A stretch of 64,000 bases of DNA from an uncultured Gemmatimonadales bacterium (GTDB lineage Bacteria > Gemmatimonadota > Gemmatimonadetes > Longimicrobiales > RSA9), in the NCBI GenBank assembly GCA_963798085.1, contig CAWCRS010000002.1:64001-128000 (forward strand), written 5' to 3'. The position numbers and the translations under genes are program-made. Below are positions 9,743-20,719 of this stretch, piece by piece. Within the stretch, counting starts at the first letter, position 1. The number at the start of each line of letters is the position of its first letter. Under the pieces are notes generated by a model, which saw only the letters and a list, made by a program, of their open reading frames with translations, was not told the origin of the DNA and ran no database searches.

Positions 9743-10339
9743 TCAGGCTCCCATCACGAAGCCAGCAGCATAAAGCAGCGTGCAGATCGTCTTCCCATCC
9801 GTGATCTCGCCATCGCGGATCAGCTGCAGAGCGTGGGAAAGGCGAAGCGGGAACGGCTCGAGGAATTCATCGTGATCGAGCGACTGCGTCCCGGCCACCA
9901 GCGCGGTCGCCATGAAAAGATGGATGCGTTCGTCGGTGAAGCCCGGCGTCGTGTAAATCACGGTGAGAGGGCGCAGGGTCCCGGCCACGAGTCCGGTCTC
10001 TTCTTCCAGCTCGCGGCGCGCCACGTCTTCCCATGGCTCACCAGGGTTCTGCGGTCGTCCCGCCGGCACTTCGAGCATGACGCCGCCCGAGGCGTAGCGG
10101 TACTGGCGAATCAGCAGGATCTGCGGGTCGGGTCCCAGCAGATCGCTCAGCACGGGAAGCACGGCCGCCGCACCGGAATGCCGAATGATCTCGAGCTCGC
10201 CGGTGCTGCCGTCCGGAAAGCGCACGGTATCGATCGCCAGGTTCACAATGCGCCCCTGATAGATCGGCCGACTGGCAATCCTGCCGGTTTCGATTGAGTG
10301 CGGTTGTTCCGCCGGATCCGAGGTCGGGTCGGCCGCCAT
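9743..10339 (-). CDS. NUDIX hydrolase (ADP-ribose pyrophosphatase-like)
   Basis: IRQYRY..LEVPAG..ARRELEEETG Nudix box, YTTPGFTDE, ITDGKT. Confidence 0.9.
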   Translation of the reverse strand: MAADPTSDPAEQPHSIETGRIASRPIYQGRIVNLAIDTVRFPDGSTGELEIIRHSGAAAVLPVLSDLLGPDPQILLIRQYRYASGGVMLEVPAGRPQNPGEPWEDVARRELEEETGLVAGTLRPLTVIYTTPGFTDERIHLFMATALVAGTQSLDHDEFLEPFPLRLSHALQLIRDGEITDGKTICTLLYAAGFVMGA

Positions 10340-10346
10340 TATTCCC

Positions 10347-11708
10347 TCATTCGGGAACCGCGTGGACATGGACCGCATCCCGCACCAGGGCCTCGAGCGA
10401 GCCCTGAATCGCGCTCGCATCGCCCACCACGCATATCGTGAGACGATCCGGTTGCAGGTGCTGGCGGGCGACGCGCGCGACTTCACCGGTGTTCACAGCC
10501 TGAATGGCTCCGCGGTAACCCGCGAAATAGTCGTCAGGCAGACCGTAGACCACGAGGTCCGAAAAGCGCGCCGCCACCTGTTCCGTGGTCTGCAGCTCCA
10601 GCGGAATCACGCCCGCGAGGTAGGCGCGCGCGTTGCTCACCTCATCCGCCCGCGCGCCGGCATCGTGCATGAGACGCAGCTCACGCAGGATTTCCTCCAC
10701 CGAGCGCGCGGTCACTTCCGTGGCAACCGCGGTCTGCACCATGAACGGACCCGGTGCGCGGCGGAACGCGAAGCCGCTGCGCACGCCGTAGGTAAAGCCG
10801 TAGCGCTCGCGCAGGCTGAGATTGAGGCGACTGGTGAAGGCGCCGCCTAACACTGTGTTCATGACGCGCAGGGCGAAGTGGTCCGGGTGGTTGCGCTCGA
10901 CGCCCACGTGCGCCACGCGGATCTCCGACTGGACGGAGCCGGGCCGGTCCACGATGTGGATGACGGTGCGCTCCTCGAGCTGCGCCGCAGCCGGCGATGC
11001 ACCGGCAGGCGAAGGGCCGGACCAGTCACCGAAATGACGAGCCACGAGGTCACGCGCCGCCCCGGGCTCCACGTGTCCCACCAGAATGACCGCGGTGGCC
11101 TGCGGCTGGACCCGCTGCCGGTGATAGGAAACGACATCATCGCGGATCAGGGCGCGCACGCGCTCCGGCAAGCCGATGGGCGGACGACCATAGGGCGCGT
11201 CGTCGCCGAACAGAAAATGCAGCACCATGTCGTTGGCCAGCGCGCGCGGCTCCTTGCGCCGCTGCAGGATCTCCGCGAGCTGCTCGTCGCGCACGCGTTC
11301 GATTTCGGCCGCCGGGAAGTCAGGCCGGCGCAGAACATCCGCGATGAGAGCAAGGGCCGGGTCGAGGCGCTCCACAGCCGTTGTGACTTCCAGCCAGGTG
11401 GCGTCCCAGGAAGCCTCGGTGTGCAGCTCGAGGCCGAGCCGTTCGAACTCCCACGCCAGCTTCTCCCCGGTCCGGCCGCCTGCGCCGCTGTCCAGCGACT
11501 CTGCCATGAGAGTAGCAAGACCGGCGAACACGGGCGGTTCGTGCAGGGTGCCGGCATCCAGCGCCACCCGAATGGTGACAAGCGGCGTTACGCCATGGCG
11601 GGCGGCGAGGACGGTGATGCCATTGTCGAGGCGACCCCGCCAGACCGCGGGCGGCTCATAGGGACGCAGCTGTCCCGGTTCCGGCGCCTCGGTGCGGAGC
11701 GTGCTCAT
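10347..11708 (-). CDS. M16 family peptidase, non-catalytic subunit
   Basis: LDNGITV..GLATL, no HxxEH, VLGGAFTSRLNLSLRE..GFTYG. Confidence 0.85.
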   Translation of the reverse strand: MSTLRTEAPEPGQLRPYEPPAVWRGRLDNGITVLAARHGVTPLVTIRVALDAGTLHEPPVFAGLATLMAESLDSGAGGRTGEKLAWEFERLGLELHTEASWDATWLEVTTAVERLDPALALIADVLRRPDFPAAEIERVRDEQLAEILQRRKEPRALANDMVLHFLFGDDAPYGRPPIGLPERVRALIRDDVVSYHRQRVQPQATAVILVGHVEPGAARDLVARHFGDWSGPSPAGASPAAAQLEERTVIHIVDRPGSVQSEIRVAHVGVERNHPDHFALRVMNTVLGGAFTSRLNLSLRERYGFTYGVRSGFAFRRAPGPFMVQTAVATEVTARSVEEILRELRLMHDAGARADEVSNARAYLAGVIPLELQTTEQVAARFSDLVVYGLPDDYFAGYRGAIQAVNTGEVARVARQHLQPDRLTICVVGDASAIQGSLEALVRDAVHVHAVPE

Positions 11709-12997
11709 GGCCGTCCCCCTTCCAGAGGCAGGTACCAGAGCAGGGCACGGTTGTCCTCGCGCAGGAAATCGCGCGCCAGTGAACGCACCGCCGCGGTCTG
11801 CACGGAGCGGAGCCGGTCGACCTCGGTATTGATGCGACCGGGATCGTCGAACAGTGTGGTGTACATTCGACAGATGGTCGGCGCGCTCGTCGGCACGCTG
11901 CAGCTCCGCGAGCTGGCGGGACTCGATCAGATTCTTGGCGCGCTCGACGTCGGCATCCTGCACGTTGGCGAGCACGGCGATCTGCTCGAGCAGGCTGGCC
12001 TCGGCGCGATCGGGCGCCACACCCGGCCTGGCCGTGGCCCACACCGCCAGCATGGAAGCGCCTGCCACAATGGGGAATGCGTAGGCGCTCACGTCCTGCA
12101 GCACGGCAGCGCGGCGCACCAGCGTGCGATAGAGCAGTGACGCCTTGCCCCAGGTCAGGATGTAGGACGCCACCATGGCCGCGTAGAAGCGATCATCGCC
12201 GTAGGGCGGGATGCGCCACGTCAGGTAGAGGCGGGCCAGTGAAATGTCCTGCTTCACGGTCTCCCGCACTTCGCGCCCGAGGCGCGCGGGCAGCTGCACG
12301 CGACCGGGCAGTGGCGGCACCGGCGGACCCGGTTGAATGCCGCCGAAATAGCGCTCGATGCTCTCGCGCGCACTGGCCGGGTCGATGTCGCCGCACACTG
12401 ATAACACCGCGTTATTGGGCGCGTAAAAGGTGCGGAAGAAGTCGCTGACGTCCTCCAGGCTCGCCGCATCCAGATCCGCCATGGAACCGATCACCGAGTG
12501 ATGATACGGGATGGTCCGATCGGGTACATGAGCGTCTGGATGCGCTCGTCCCAGTCACCGTATGGCTGGTTGTCGACCCGCCAGCGCCGCTCGTTCTTCA
12601 CCACGTCGCGCTGGTTGTCCAGCTTCTCCTGGGTCATCGCGGGCTGCAGACCACCCATGCGATCCGCTTCCAGCCAAAGGCCCAGCTCGAAATAATGAGA
12701 AGGCAGGGTCTCGAAGTAGTTGGTGCGGTCCAGCCAGGTGGATCCGTTGAGCGTGCCGCCCGCCTTTTCTATCAACGCGAAGTGGCCATTGTCCGGCACA
12801 TTCACCGAGCCCTGGAACATCATGTGCTCGAAGAGGTGAGCGAAGCCGGTGCGCCCGGGCCGCTCGTTCCTGGAGCCCACATTGTACCAGAGGTTGACGG
12901 CGACGACGGGTAAGCTCGGGTCCGGTGAGAGAATGACACGCAGGCCGTTGGCGAGCCGGTGCCTTTCGAAAGGAATTTCGATCACTTTCCGATTCAC
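11705..12997 (-). CDS. M16 family zinc peptidase, catalytic subunit (frameshifts near 12490 and 11870)
   Basis: LANGLRV..VGSRNE..TGFAHLFEHMMFQGS (HxxEH); continues in ORF 10347-12494 and then ORF 11705-11896. Confidence 0.85.
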
Positions 12998-13048
12998 TGA
13001 GGGCTGAAGGATGGTGCATCTGAACGCGCAGTCGGAGCGCGTCCGGGG

Positions 13049-14426
13049 TCAGGAACGATCATCATTGATGAGGACGGGACCAATGCCGAGCTGCTCCAGC
13101 GGCCCGCGCACGACACCGGCGTCTCCGACCACAGCGACGGCCATACGCTGCGGATCGAGGTAGCGCTGCGCCGCGGACATGACGTCATCCGCACTGACAT
13201 CGGCCATGAGCCCGGCGTATCGGCTCCAGAAATCATCGCCCAGTCCGTACAGCTCCGTTTCCGCCACGCGTGACGCGATGCCGGCGTTGGTTTCGAATGC
13301 GCGTGGCAGGCCGAGCACGAGATAACGCCGCGCGCGGTTCAACTCATCGGCGGGCACAGCCTCCTGCCGCATTCTCTCGATCTCCTCGAGACTCTCCGCC
13401 AGGGCGCGAGCCGTGGCATCGGTGTGGACGGCGGCACCGGCCACGAAGGGCCCTGCACCGACGCGGAATGAGAAGCCGGAAAACGCGCCGTACGTGTACC
13501 CTCCCGCCTCGCGCAGCCGTGCGTTCAGGCGCGACGTGAACGATCCTCCGAGGATCGTGTTGAGCACAACGAGCGGGAAGAAATCCGGTGACGATCGGGG
13601 CACGCCAATGGTTCCCAGTCGTACCTCGGATTGGGTCGCGCGAGAGCGGTCCACGAGGTGGATCGCGGTCGGCCCGGGTTCCACGACCGCTGGCGCATGG
13701 ATTTCGGGTGCGCTGCCCGGCGCCCACGCACCGAACGAGCTCTCCAGCATGGCTTCGGTGTCTGCCAGCGTGGCGTCACCTGTCACCACGAGGAACGCAC
13801 CGGCGGGACGATACCGGTCGCCGTGGAAGCGCACAAGCGAATCACGGTCCAGTCTTTCGATGGTCTCGACCGTACCGCCCACGGGTCGGCCATAGATATG
13901 GTCGCGGCCGAAAATCGCGCGAGCAATGGCGAAACCGGCCAATGTGTCCGGGTCGTCCAGGTCCTGCTGGATCGCGGCAATGCGCTCCGCGCGGCCGCGC
14001 CGGAACTCATCCGCAGGGAAGCTCGCGCGACTCGCCACCTCGCCTGCGATCGCGAGCGCCGGCCCGAGCTGGCCGGCGAGCACGTGCAGAGAGAATGGCG
14101 GTGGAATCCCAGCTGGTGGCAGCGTCGAGGCGTGCCCCCAGGTCCTCGAGGGCCTCGGCGAGCGCCACCTGCGTGCGCTCTGGCGTACCGGAATCGAGCA
14201 GCTGCGCCGTGAGCGAAGCCCGGCCGGCGAGCCGCGGCGTATCGGTGGCGGCGCCGGCCCGCACGACGAGGAGCGCGTCGACGACCGGGAGGCGCCGGCG
14301 TTCGACCAGAAGGACCTTCAGGCCATTGCGCAGCCGCGTGGCCTGCACGGCCGGCAGGCGCAGCGGTGCGGGCGGGCCGGGCACGGGGATGCGCGGGCGC
14401 GCGGGTCTCGCGGCGCGACGGCTCAC
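13049..14426 (-). CDS. M16 family peptidase, non-catalytic subunit (frameshift near 14085)
   Basis: LRNGLKV..GRASLTAQLL; ILGGSFTSRLNARLRE..GYTYG. Confidence 0.85.
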
Positions 14427-15730
14427 AGCCCGACCTCCCGCGCGGCGGCCAGCTCGGCGTGGCCTTCGGGCACCACACTCAGCGTCACGCCGTGCACGCC
14501 GGCGAGGAAGCGGCGCGCGGCGTCACGCACGTCGGCGGCACTAACAGTCTGGTAGCGATCGAGGTCGTGCTGCGTGTAGTGCGGATCGTGCAGGTGGTGT
14601 TCGTACAGGTTGAGGCGATCAGCTCGCCCGCCGAAGCCGCCGACGGTCTGGAGATCATCAATGAAACCGGTGGTGAAGGCGTGCCGTGCCCGGGCGACTT
14701 CGCCCTCGTCCGGACCGTCTTCGGCGAGGCGTCCGATCTCGCGACGCACCAGCGCCTCGAGCGGCGCCAGGGTATCGCCCCCGTGCGCGGTCACCGTGAT
14801 GACGAAGCTCGAACCCAGCTGCGCGCTCTCCTGCTCCGCGGAAACCTCGACGGCCAGCTCGGCGCTCACCAGCGAGCGATACAGACGACTCGCCTTGCTG
14901 CCGGCCAGCACGTGCGCCAGCGCGTCCATGGCGGCGTCACCGGGCGCGAATGCCGCAGGCGAGTGCCAGGCGATGAAGAGGCGGGGCAGCTGCACGACAT
15001 CTTCCAGTACCAGCCGGGCGCGCGGCGGCGCTAACGCGTCTGTCAGCATGCGCCGACCCGGCCGCGCGCCTCCCGGAATGGGACCGAAGTGCTGGTCCAC
15101 CAGCGCGCGCACTTCCGCCGTATCCACGGCGCCGGCCACCACGAGGCTGGCATTGGCCGGTGTGTAATGCTGGCGGCAGAACGCGGCCGCATCGTCGAGC
15201 GTGGCGGCGGTCAGGTCATCCATGAAACCGATCACCGGCCAGTGGTACGGATGATCCAGCGGATAGAGCGCGCTCAGGATACGCTCGTGCGCCAGACCGT
15301 AGGGCCGGTTCTCGTAGCTCTCGCGGCGTTCGTTCATCACCACATCGCGCTGCGTGTCGAAGCGGTCCTGCGTCAGCGCGGCGAGCAGGCCGCCCATGCG
15401 ATCCGCCTCGAGGAACAGCGCCAGCTCGACGGCGGACGCCGGCACCGTCTCCCAGTAGTTCGTGCGATCCGCCGTGGTCGAGCCGTTGTTGGAGCCACCG
15501 GCAGCCTCGAGCAGCCGGTCGAACTGGCCCGTGGGCACGTTGGCCGAGCCTTCGAACATGAGGTGCTCGAAGAGATGCGCGAAGCCGGTGCGACCGGTCT
15601 GCTCGTCGCGGGAGCCGACGTGGTACCAGATGTTCACGGCCGCGAGCGGCGCGTTGCGATCCTCGTGCACAATGAGGCGCAGCCCGTTGGCCAGCGTGAC
15701 GACCTGGCAGGGCAGATCGATGCGAACACG
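14423..15730 (-). CDS. M16 family zinc peptidase, catalytic subunit (start uncertain)
   Basis: LANGLRL..VGSRDE..GFAHLFEHLMFEGS, NGSTTADRTNY. Confidence 0.88.
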   Translation of the reverse strand, partial: RVRIDLPCQVVTLANGLRLIVHEDRNAPLAAVNIWYHVGSRDEQTGRTGFAHLFEHLMFEGSANVPTGQFDRLLEAAGGSNNGSTTADRTNYWETVPASAVELALFLEADRMGGLLAALTQDRFDTQRDVVMNERRESYENRPYGLAHERILSALYPLDHPYHWPVIGFMDDLTAATLDDAAAFCRQHYTPANASLVVAGAVDTAEVRALVDQHFGPIPGGARPGRRMLTDALAPPRARLVLEDVVQLPRLFIAWHSPAAFAPGDAAMDALAHVLAGSKASRLYRSLVSAELAVEVSAEQESAQLGSSFVITVTAHGGDTLAPLEALVRREIGRLAEDGPDEGEVARARHAFTTGFIDDLQTVGGFGGRADRLNLYEHHLHDPHYTQHDLDRYQTVSAADVRDAARRFLAGVHGVTLSVVPEGHAELAAAREVGL

Positions 15731-15734
15731 GCTG

Positions 15735-16325
15735 TCAGCGCCCGCCAAGCACGGCCTCCCCGGGCAGCAGCACACTCTCGCGCAGCACGTAACGCCACTG
15801 CGATGCGCGGGCCCGGTCGATGGGATTCCAGGGAGTGGGCGCGCGATAGGCGCGGATGCCGGCGCGCCGCGCCAGCAGCTCGAGGCGCAGCATGTGGTAA
15901 CTGTCGCTCACCAGCAGCGCGCTCTGCAGGCCGTGCGTGCGCATGAGACCCGCCGCCGCGTCCATGGATGCGGCCGAAGTGGTGCCCCTGCGGTCCACGA
16001 GGATCACCGAATCAGGGACGCCGCGATCGACAGCGTAGCGACGCGCCACTTCGCCTTCGCTCACGGTGTCACCCTCACCCACGCCGCCGGTGAAGATGAG
16101 GTGTGCGGCCAGACCCCGCCGGTACAGGTCCAGGGCATGGTCCACTCTGGCCTTGAGCACGGGCGATGGCCGCCCGTTGTACTGGGCCGCGCCTAACACG
16201 AGAATAACATCGGCCGGGCGCAGCCCGGGTGTGGCCCCGGCGACCAGGATCAGGCCGACACTTGCCAGCCAGATGGCGAGCATGCCAGCGGCCAGACCTG
16301 CGGCGAGCAGGAGCAAGCGTTTCAC
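15735..16325 (-). CDS. YdcF/ElyC (DUF218) family protein
   Basis: N-terminal TM, ADVILVLGA, ARVDHAL, IFTGG, LVSDSYHMLR, RE motif. Confidence 0.88.
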   Translation of the reverse strand: MKRLLLLAAGLAAGMLAIWLASVGLILVAGATPGLRPADVILVLGAAQYNGRPSPVLKARVDHALDLYRRGLAAHLIFTGGVGEGDTVSEGEVARRYAVDRGVPDSVILVDRRGTTSAASMDAAAGLMRTHGLQSALLVSDSYHMLRLELLARRAGIRAYRAPTPWNPIDRARASQWRYVLRESVLLPGEAVLGGR

Positions 16326-17165
16326 AGCGGTTGTGTGAGGCGTTCGTGCAGGGCCGAGGGCGCCAGCTCATCGCGCAGCAGCTGGCGTGCGGCATCGGCA
16401 CCGGCGGCGAGCCGCGCACCGGCTTCCTCGAGCAGCGGCACATCCGTACCCTCGGCCGCGTACTCGGCGCGTGCGAGCGCTTCTTCGGCCGCGTCGGTCC
16501 AGCCGGAGGCCGCGGCCGCCAGCCCCGCGAGGATCTGGGCTTCCGCGTCGTCGGTGCGCTCACGTGCGCTGGCCAGCAGCTGCTCCGCCGCGTCCTGATC
16601 GCGGCCCTGCTCGAGATAGACGAGTCCGAGCAGGAGTCTGGTCCAGGAATCATCGGGAGCAAGCTCGAGTGTGTCCTCCATTGCTTCGGCCGCGCCCGAC
16701 ATGTCGCCCTTGAGCGCGAGCGCCACACCCAGCTCGCCGCGCGCGACCGGATCTTCGGGCGTGAGTCTCACGCCTGCGCGCAGGTGCTCGAGCGCCTCTT
16801 CGAACAGGCCGGCGCGCGCGAGGTACGCGCCGTACTGGACGCGCGCCATGGCCAGATCGGGCTGGGTGAGAGCAGCCGCGCGCAGGGGGCGCTCGGCATT
16901 CTGGATCATCGAAGGCAGCCAGTCCGGAACCCGCAAGTGACAGCAGATGCGCGTCCATCGGATCCTGCGCGAGGCAGCGCTTGAAGAGTTCGTAGGCAGC
17001 ACCCTCGTTGCCCAGCTCGCGCTCGGCGACGCCAGCCCAGCAGAGCAGGTACGGCTCCTCCGGCTCGTCGCGCAGCGCTTCGGCCAGCAGGGTAGCCATT
17101 TCTTCCCAGCGACCTTCGTCACCGAGCGCCAGCGCCTGGTTCAGGATGCCGTCGACGTCATCCAT
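16322..17165 (-). CDS. Tetratricopeptide repeat protein (frameshift near 16900-16930)
   Basis: TPR-like helices across ORFs 16650-17165 and 16322-17122. Confidence 0.75.
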
Positions 17166-17169
17166 TGGA

Positions 17170-18378
17170 TCACGCGCCGTATTTGGCGAGGCGACCCGCG
17201 TGTGCCAGAGCGAGCGACATGATGCGCATCGCGGGGAAGATGCCCAGCTCGCCCAGGCGGCAGCTGCGTTCGCCGAACGTCGCGCCAGCGTCCGGACGAC
17301 ACCAGCGGGAGGCGATCAGGATGGGAACCGGGTGCCAGGAGTGCGCGCGCAGTGCTGCAGGCGTCGAGTGGTCACCCGTCACCACGAGCACATCGGGCCG
17401 CGCCGTTTCCAATTCCGGCAGCAGCGCGTCCACCGCTTCGATGGCAGCCACCTTCGCGTCGAAATTCCCGTCTTCGCCGCGCGAGTCCATCGCCTTGAAG
17501 TGGATGAAATGGAAGTCGTACTGCGTGAACTGGTCGACAAGCGTGCGCACGCTGGCTGCGTCGGAGTCCGGTCCGGGATTGATGCGCATGCCTACGAGGC
17601 GAGCCACGCCGCGATACATCGGGTAGCGCGCGATGGCCAGAGCGTCCAGCTGGAAACGCTCCCTGAAGCCCGGAAACCGATGGAATGCATCGATGCCGCG
17701 TGCCAGCAGCGCATTGGCTTTCGGCTCATCGGCCAATGTCTGGAAGGCACGCTGCAGAACGCGCTGGAGAACGTCGGCCGTGCGCTGCGCGCCACGTACC
17801 TTTGCGGTGGCGGGCAACGGCGCGACACCGGTTTCCTGCGGGTCCGTGTCCGCCACTTCTGCTGCCAGCCCTTCGCCGCGCAGCACCAGCACCGCGCGAT
17901 GCTCCTTCTCCGGCTCGAAGAAGACCTGCACGCCGTCCACGGGCTGCGCTGTGGTGCGCAACTTTGCGACGATGCGCCGATTCTCGTCATCACTGGGCCG
18001 ACCCGCGCGGCGATCGATGATCAGACCCTGCTTGTCGATGGTAGCGAGATTCAGGCGAACGGCAATGTCGCCATGCTCCAGCTCGAAGCCCACACCGAGG
18101 GCGGACAGCACGCCCCGTCCGATGTTGTACTTCACGGGGTCGTAGCCGAAGAGGGCAAGGTGTCCGGGCCCGCTACCGGGGGCGACGCCGAGTTCGACCG
18201 GCACGTGCAGACCCAGCGCAGAGCGCGCCGCGAGGCGATCCAGATTGGGCGTGCGCGCGGCTTCCAGCTCGGTCGGGCCCGTGTCGTCACGTGGCAACCC
18301 ACCCAATCCATCCATCACGAGCAGGACGATGCGTCCGCCCTCGCCGTGTACCAGATCGTCCGGAAACGTCACGCCCAT
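17170..18378 (-). CDS. apgM: 2,3-bisphosphoglycerate-independent phosphoglycerate mutase (ApgM type)
   Basis: VMDGLGG, TELEAARTPNLD, PGSGPGHLALFGY, DRRAGR, VTGDHSTP, HSWHPVP. Confidence 0.9.
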   Translation of the reverse strand: MGVTFPDDLVHGEGGRIVLLVMDGLGGLPRDDTGPTELEAARTPNLDRLAARSALGLHVPVELGVAPGSGPGHLALFGYDPVKYNIGRGVLSALGVGFELEHGDIAVRLNLATIDKQGLIIDRRAGRPSDDENRRIVAKLRTTAQPVDGVQVFFEPEKEHRAVLVLRGEGLAAEVADTDPQETGVAPLPATAKVRGAQRTADVLQRVLQRAFQTLADEPKANALLARGIDAFHRFPGFRERFQLDALAIARYPMYRGVARLVGMRINPGPDSDAASVRTLVDQFTQYDFHFIHFKAMDSRGEDGNFDAKVAAIEAVDALLPELETARPDVLVVTGDHSTPAALRAHSWHPVPILIASRWCRPDAGATFGERSCRLGELGIFPAMRIMSLALAHAGRLAKYGA

Positions 18379-18560
18379 CCGCTCATGCCTCGCTGGTGTG
18401 ATCGTGTGAGCCAGCCACAAGCTAGACAGCCGTCCGGGGTGGGCAAGGGCAGAACTGCCCATCGACTGTGGGGCTGCTTCCCGGCCCGGCTCCCTTCCGC
18501 TCTTCGGCTCTCGGCCTTACCCTTGCCGAAAACGGTCACCTGCGGCAACGCGTGAGCGCC

Positions 18561-19676
18561 ATGAATGAATTCCTGCCATTCGTGATGGAACGCTGGCAGT
18601 CGGTCTGGGAAAACCGGGTCGACTACAACCTCTCCGAGAGCGGCGTGCAGCCGCTGACGCTGGGCGAACTCGAGCAGCTGGCGGGTGCATCGGTCGACGA
18701 TGTGCCTCTGGGATACGGCCAGTCGAACGGGACCGAGCGCCTGCGCCAGCGCATTGCCAGGCTCTACCGCGGCGCCAGCGCTGCGAACATCTGTGTCATG
18801 AACGGCAGCGCCGAGGCCAATTTCGTCGTGCTGTGGACCCTGCTGCGGCCGGGCGATCGCGTGGTTGTCGTCACGCCCACGTACATGCAGGCGCCGGGAC
18901 TGGCTGCGTCACTGGGCGCAAATATCCAGAAGATCCCGCTGCACGAGGCGTCGGGCTGGCAGCCGGACCCGGCGGAGATCGAGCGCGCGCTGTCGGAGGA
19001 AACCCGGCTACTGGTGATCACGAATCCCAACAACCCGACCGGTGCCGTGCTCTCTCCGGAGGCAAGGGCGGCGCTGGTGCGTGGCGCCGCGCGCGCGGGT
19101 GCCTGGATCCTCGCGGATGAGGTGTACACGGGCGCGGAAAGAGAAGGCGACGAGACACCGTCCTTCTTCGGCTCGTATCCGAAGGTGATCGCGACGGGCT
19201 CGCTCTCGAAGGCGTACGGCCTGCCGGGTCTGCGCATTGGCTGGGCCGTAGCGCCGGTCGAGATCGCGGAAGCGCTCTGGGCACGCAAGGACTACACGAC
19301 AATCTCTCCCGGCGAACTCACCGACCACCTCGCTTCGCTGGCGCTTTCGCCGGCTGTGCGGCCGCGCATTCTTGCCCGCACACGCCAGCGGATCCAGCGA
19401 GGCTGGAGTCTGCTCGAGGACTGGATGCGCGTGCAGGGCTGCTTCGTGTGGCAGCCGCCCGCGGCGGGCGCCATCGCCTGGGCCCGCTATGACCTGCCCG
19501 TGGAATCCGGTGAGCTGGCGGAACGGCTGCGCAGCGAGCGCAGTCTGCTGGTGGTGCCCGGCGAGCATTTCGAGATGGAGCACTATCTGCGCATCGGCTT
19601 CGGCCTGCCGGAAGACATACTGCGGCACGCACTCGACCGCTTCACGGACACGCTCGTCGCGGCGGCGACCACCTGA
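18561..19676 (+). CDS. PLP-dependent aminotransferase class I/II
   Basis: NPNNPTG, ADEVY, GSLSKAYGLPGLRIGW. Confidence 0.92.
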   Translation: MNEFLPFVMERWQSVWENRVDYNLSESGVQPLTLGELEQLAGASVDDVPLGYGQSNGTERLRQRIARLYRGASAANICVMNGSAEANFVVLWTLLRPGDRVVVVTPTYMQAPGLAASLGANIQKIPLHEASGWQPDPAEIERALSEETRLLVITNPNNPTGAVLSPEARAALVRGAARAGAWILADEVYTGAEREGDETPSFFGSYPKVIATGSLSKAYGLPGLRIGWAVAPVEIAEALWARKDYTTISPGELTDHLASLALSPAVRPRILARTRQRIQRGWSLLEDWMRVQGCFVWQPPAAGAIAWARYDLPVESGELAERLRSERSLLVVPGEHFEMEHYLRIGFGLPEDILRHALDRFTDTLVAAATT

Positions 19677-19691
19677 GGGTCTGCAAGAGAA

Positions 19692-19723
19692 AGCGGGAGA
19701 GGACGCTGCCGTCCTCTCCCGCT
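19692..19723. terminator. 14-bp inverted repeat between convergent genes (possible bidirectional terminator)
   Basis: AGCGGGAGAGGACG-ctgc-CGTCCTCTCCCGCT; only a short T-tract on the minus strand. Confidence 0.5.
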
Positions 19724-19748
19724 CATGTATTGCCTCGAGGTTTGCGGC

Positions 19749-20447
19749 TCAGGCCGGCGCCGCCATCTCCGACGTCGCCTTCTCACCCACGATCCAGCCA
19801 TTGAGCAGCTCGATCACGCGATCTCCGTACGACGCGTTGGTCTCGGAGTGGGTGACCTGGATGATGGTAGTGCCCTGATCATTGAGCTGCTTGAACAGCT
19901 CCATGATCTCCTTGCCCTGCGCCGAGTGCAGGTTACCGGTGGGCTCGTCCGCGAGCACCAGCTTCGGATTGGCGATCACCGCGCGCGCCACCGCGACCAG
20001 CTGCTGCTGGCCGCCGGACAGCTGATTCGGGAAGAGATCCTTTTTCCCCACGATCTGGAAGCGGTCCAGGATATCCGCCACCATCGCAGCGCGCTGGCCC
20101 CGCGGAATGTCGCGATAGGATAGCGGGATCTCGAGATTCTCGTACACCGTCAGATTATCCAGCAGATGGTACTGCTGGAAAACGAAACCGATGTTGGCCT
20201 TGTTGAGCGCTGCGCGCTGGCGGGCGTTCATCTTGTGGACCGGCTGATCCAGGAACCAGTACTCGCCTCGCCACGCATGATCGAGCAGACCGAGGATCCC
20301 GAGCAGGGTGGACTTGCCGGCCCCGGATGGACCCATGATGGTCACGAACTCGCCGGGTTTCACGTCGAAATCGATGCGACGCAGCAGGAACAGCTGCCCC
20401 GCCTTCGACTCGACTGACTTCTCCATGCTCCTGAGCCGGATCAGCAT
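19749..20447 (-). CDS. ABC transporter ATP-binding protein (LolD/MacB-like)
   Basis: [28 protein letters not shown]. Confidence 0.92.
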   Translation of the reverse strand: MLIRLRSMEKSVESKAGQLFLLRRIDFDVKPGEFVTIMGPSGAGKSTLLGILGLLDHAWRGEYWFLDQPVHKMNARQRAALNKANIGFVFQQYHLLDNLTVYENLEIPLSYRDIPRGQRAAMVADILDRFQIVGKKDLFPNQLSGGQQQLVAVARAVIANPKLVLADEPTGNLHSAQGKEIMELFKQLNDQGTTIIQVTHSETNASYGDRVIELLNGWIVGEKATSEMAAPA

Positions 20448-20719
20448 CACGCCTCCTTTTCGGTACGCTCGCCCGCCTTTTCCCGGCGTGCGCATTCATC
20501 AAAGTACGGGAAATCTCCGTGCCGTGCTTCGCGAATCCCGGCATGTCGTTGGATGGCTCCGCGTTGGGCCGGGTTGCCGCCGCCATCGGTACACCCCGCG
20601 GGTGTTGGAGTGCGGGACGCGTCGTCCCGGAAATGGTGCGCGGATACCAATCGACCTCGCCGGGGGGTGGAGCGGCGAGGTCGATGGGCGCGGGACGGCG
20701 CAAAGGGCGCGGCGGCCCG

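Noticed and set aside
10347..12494. 715-aa fused M16 ORF
   Set aside because: Frameshift artefact joining two genes; the upstream gene ends at 11705 and overlaps the ATG at 11708.
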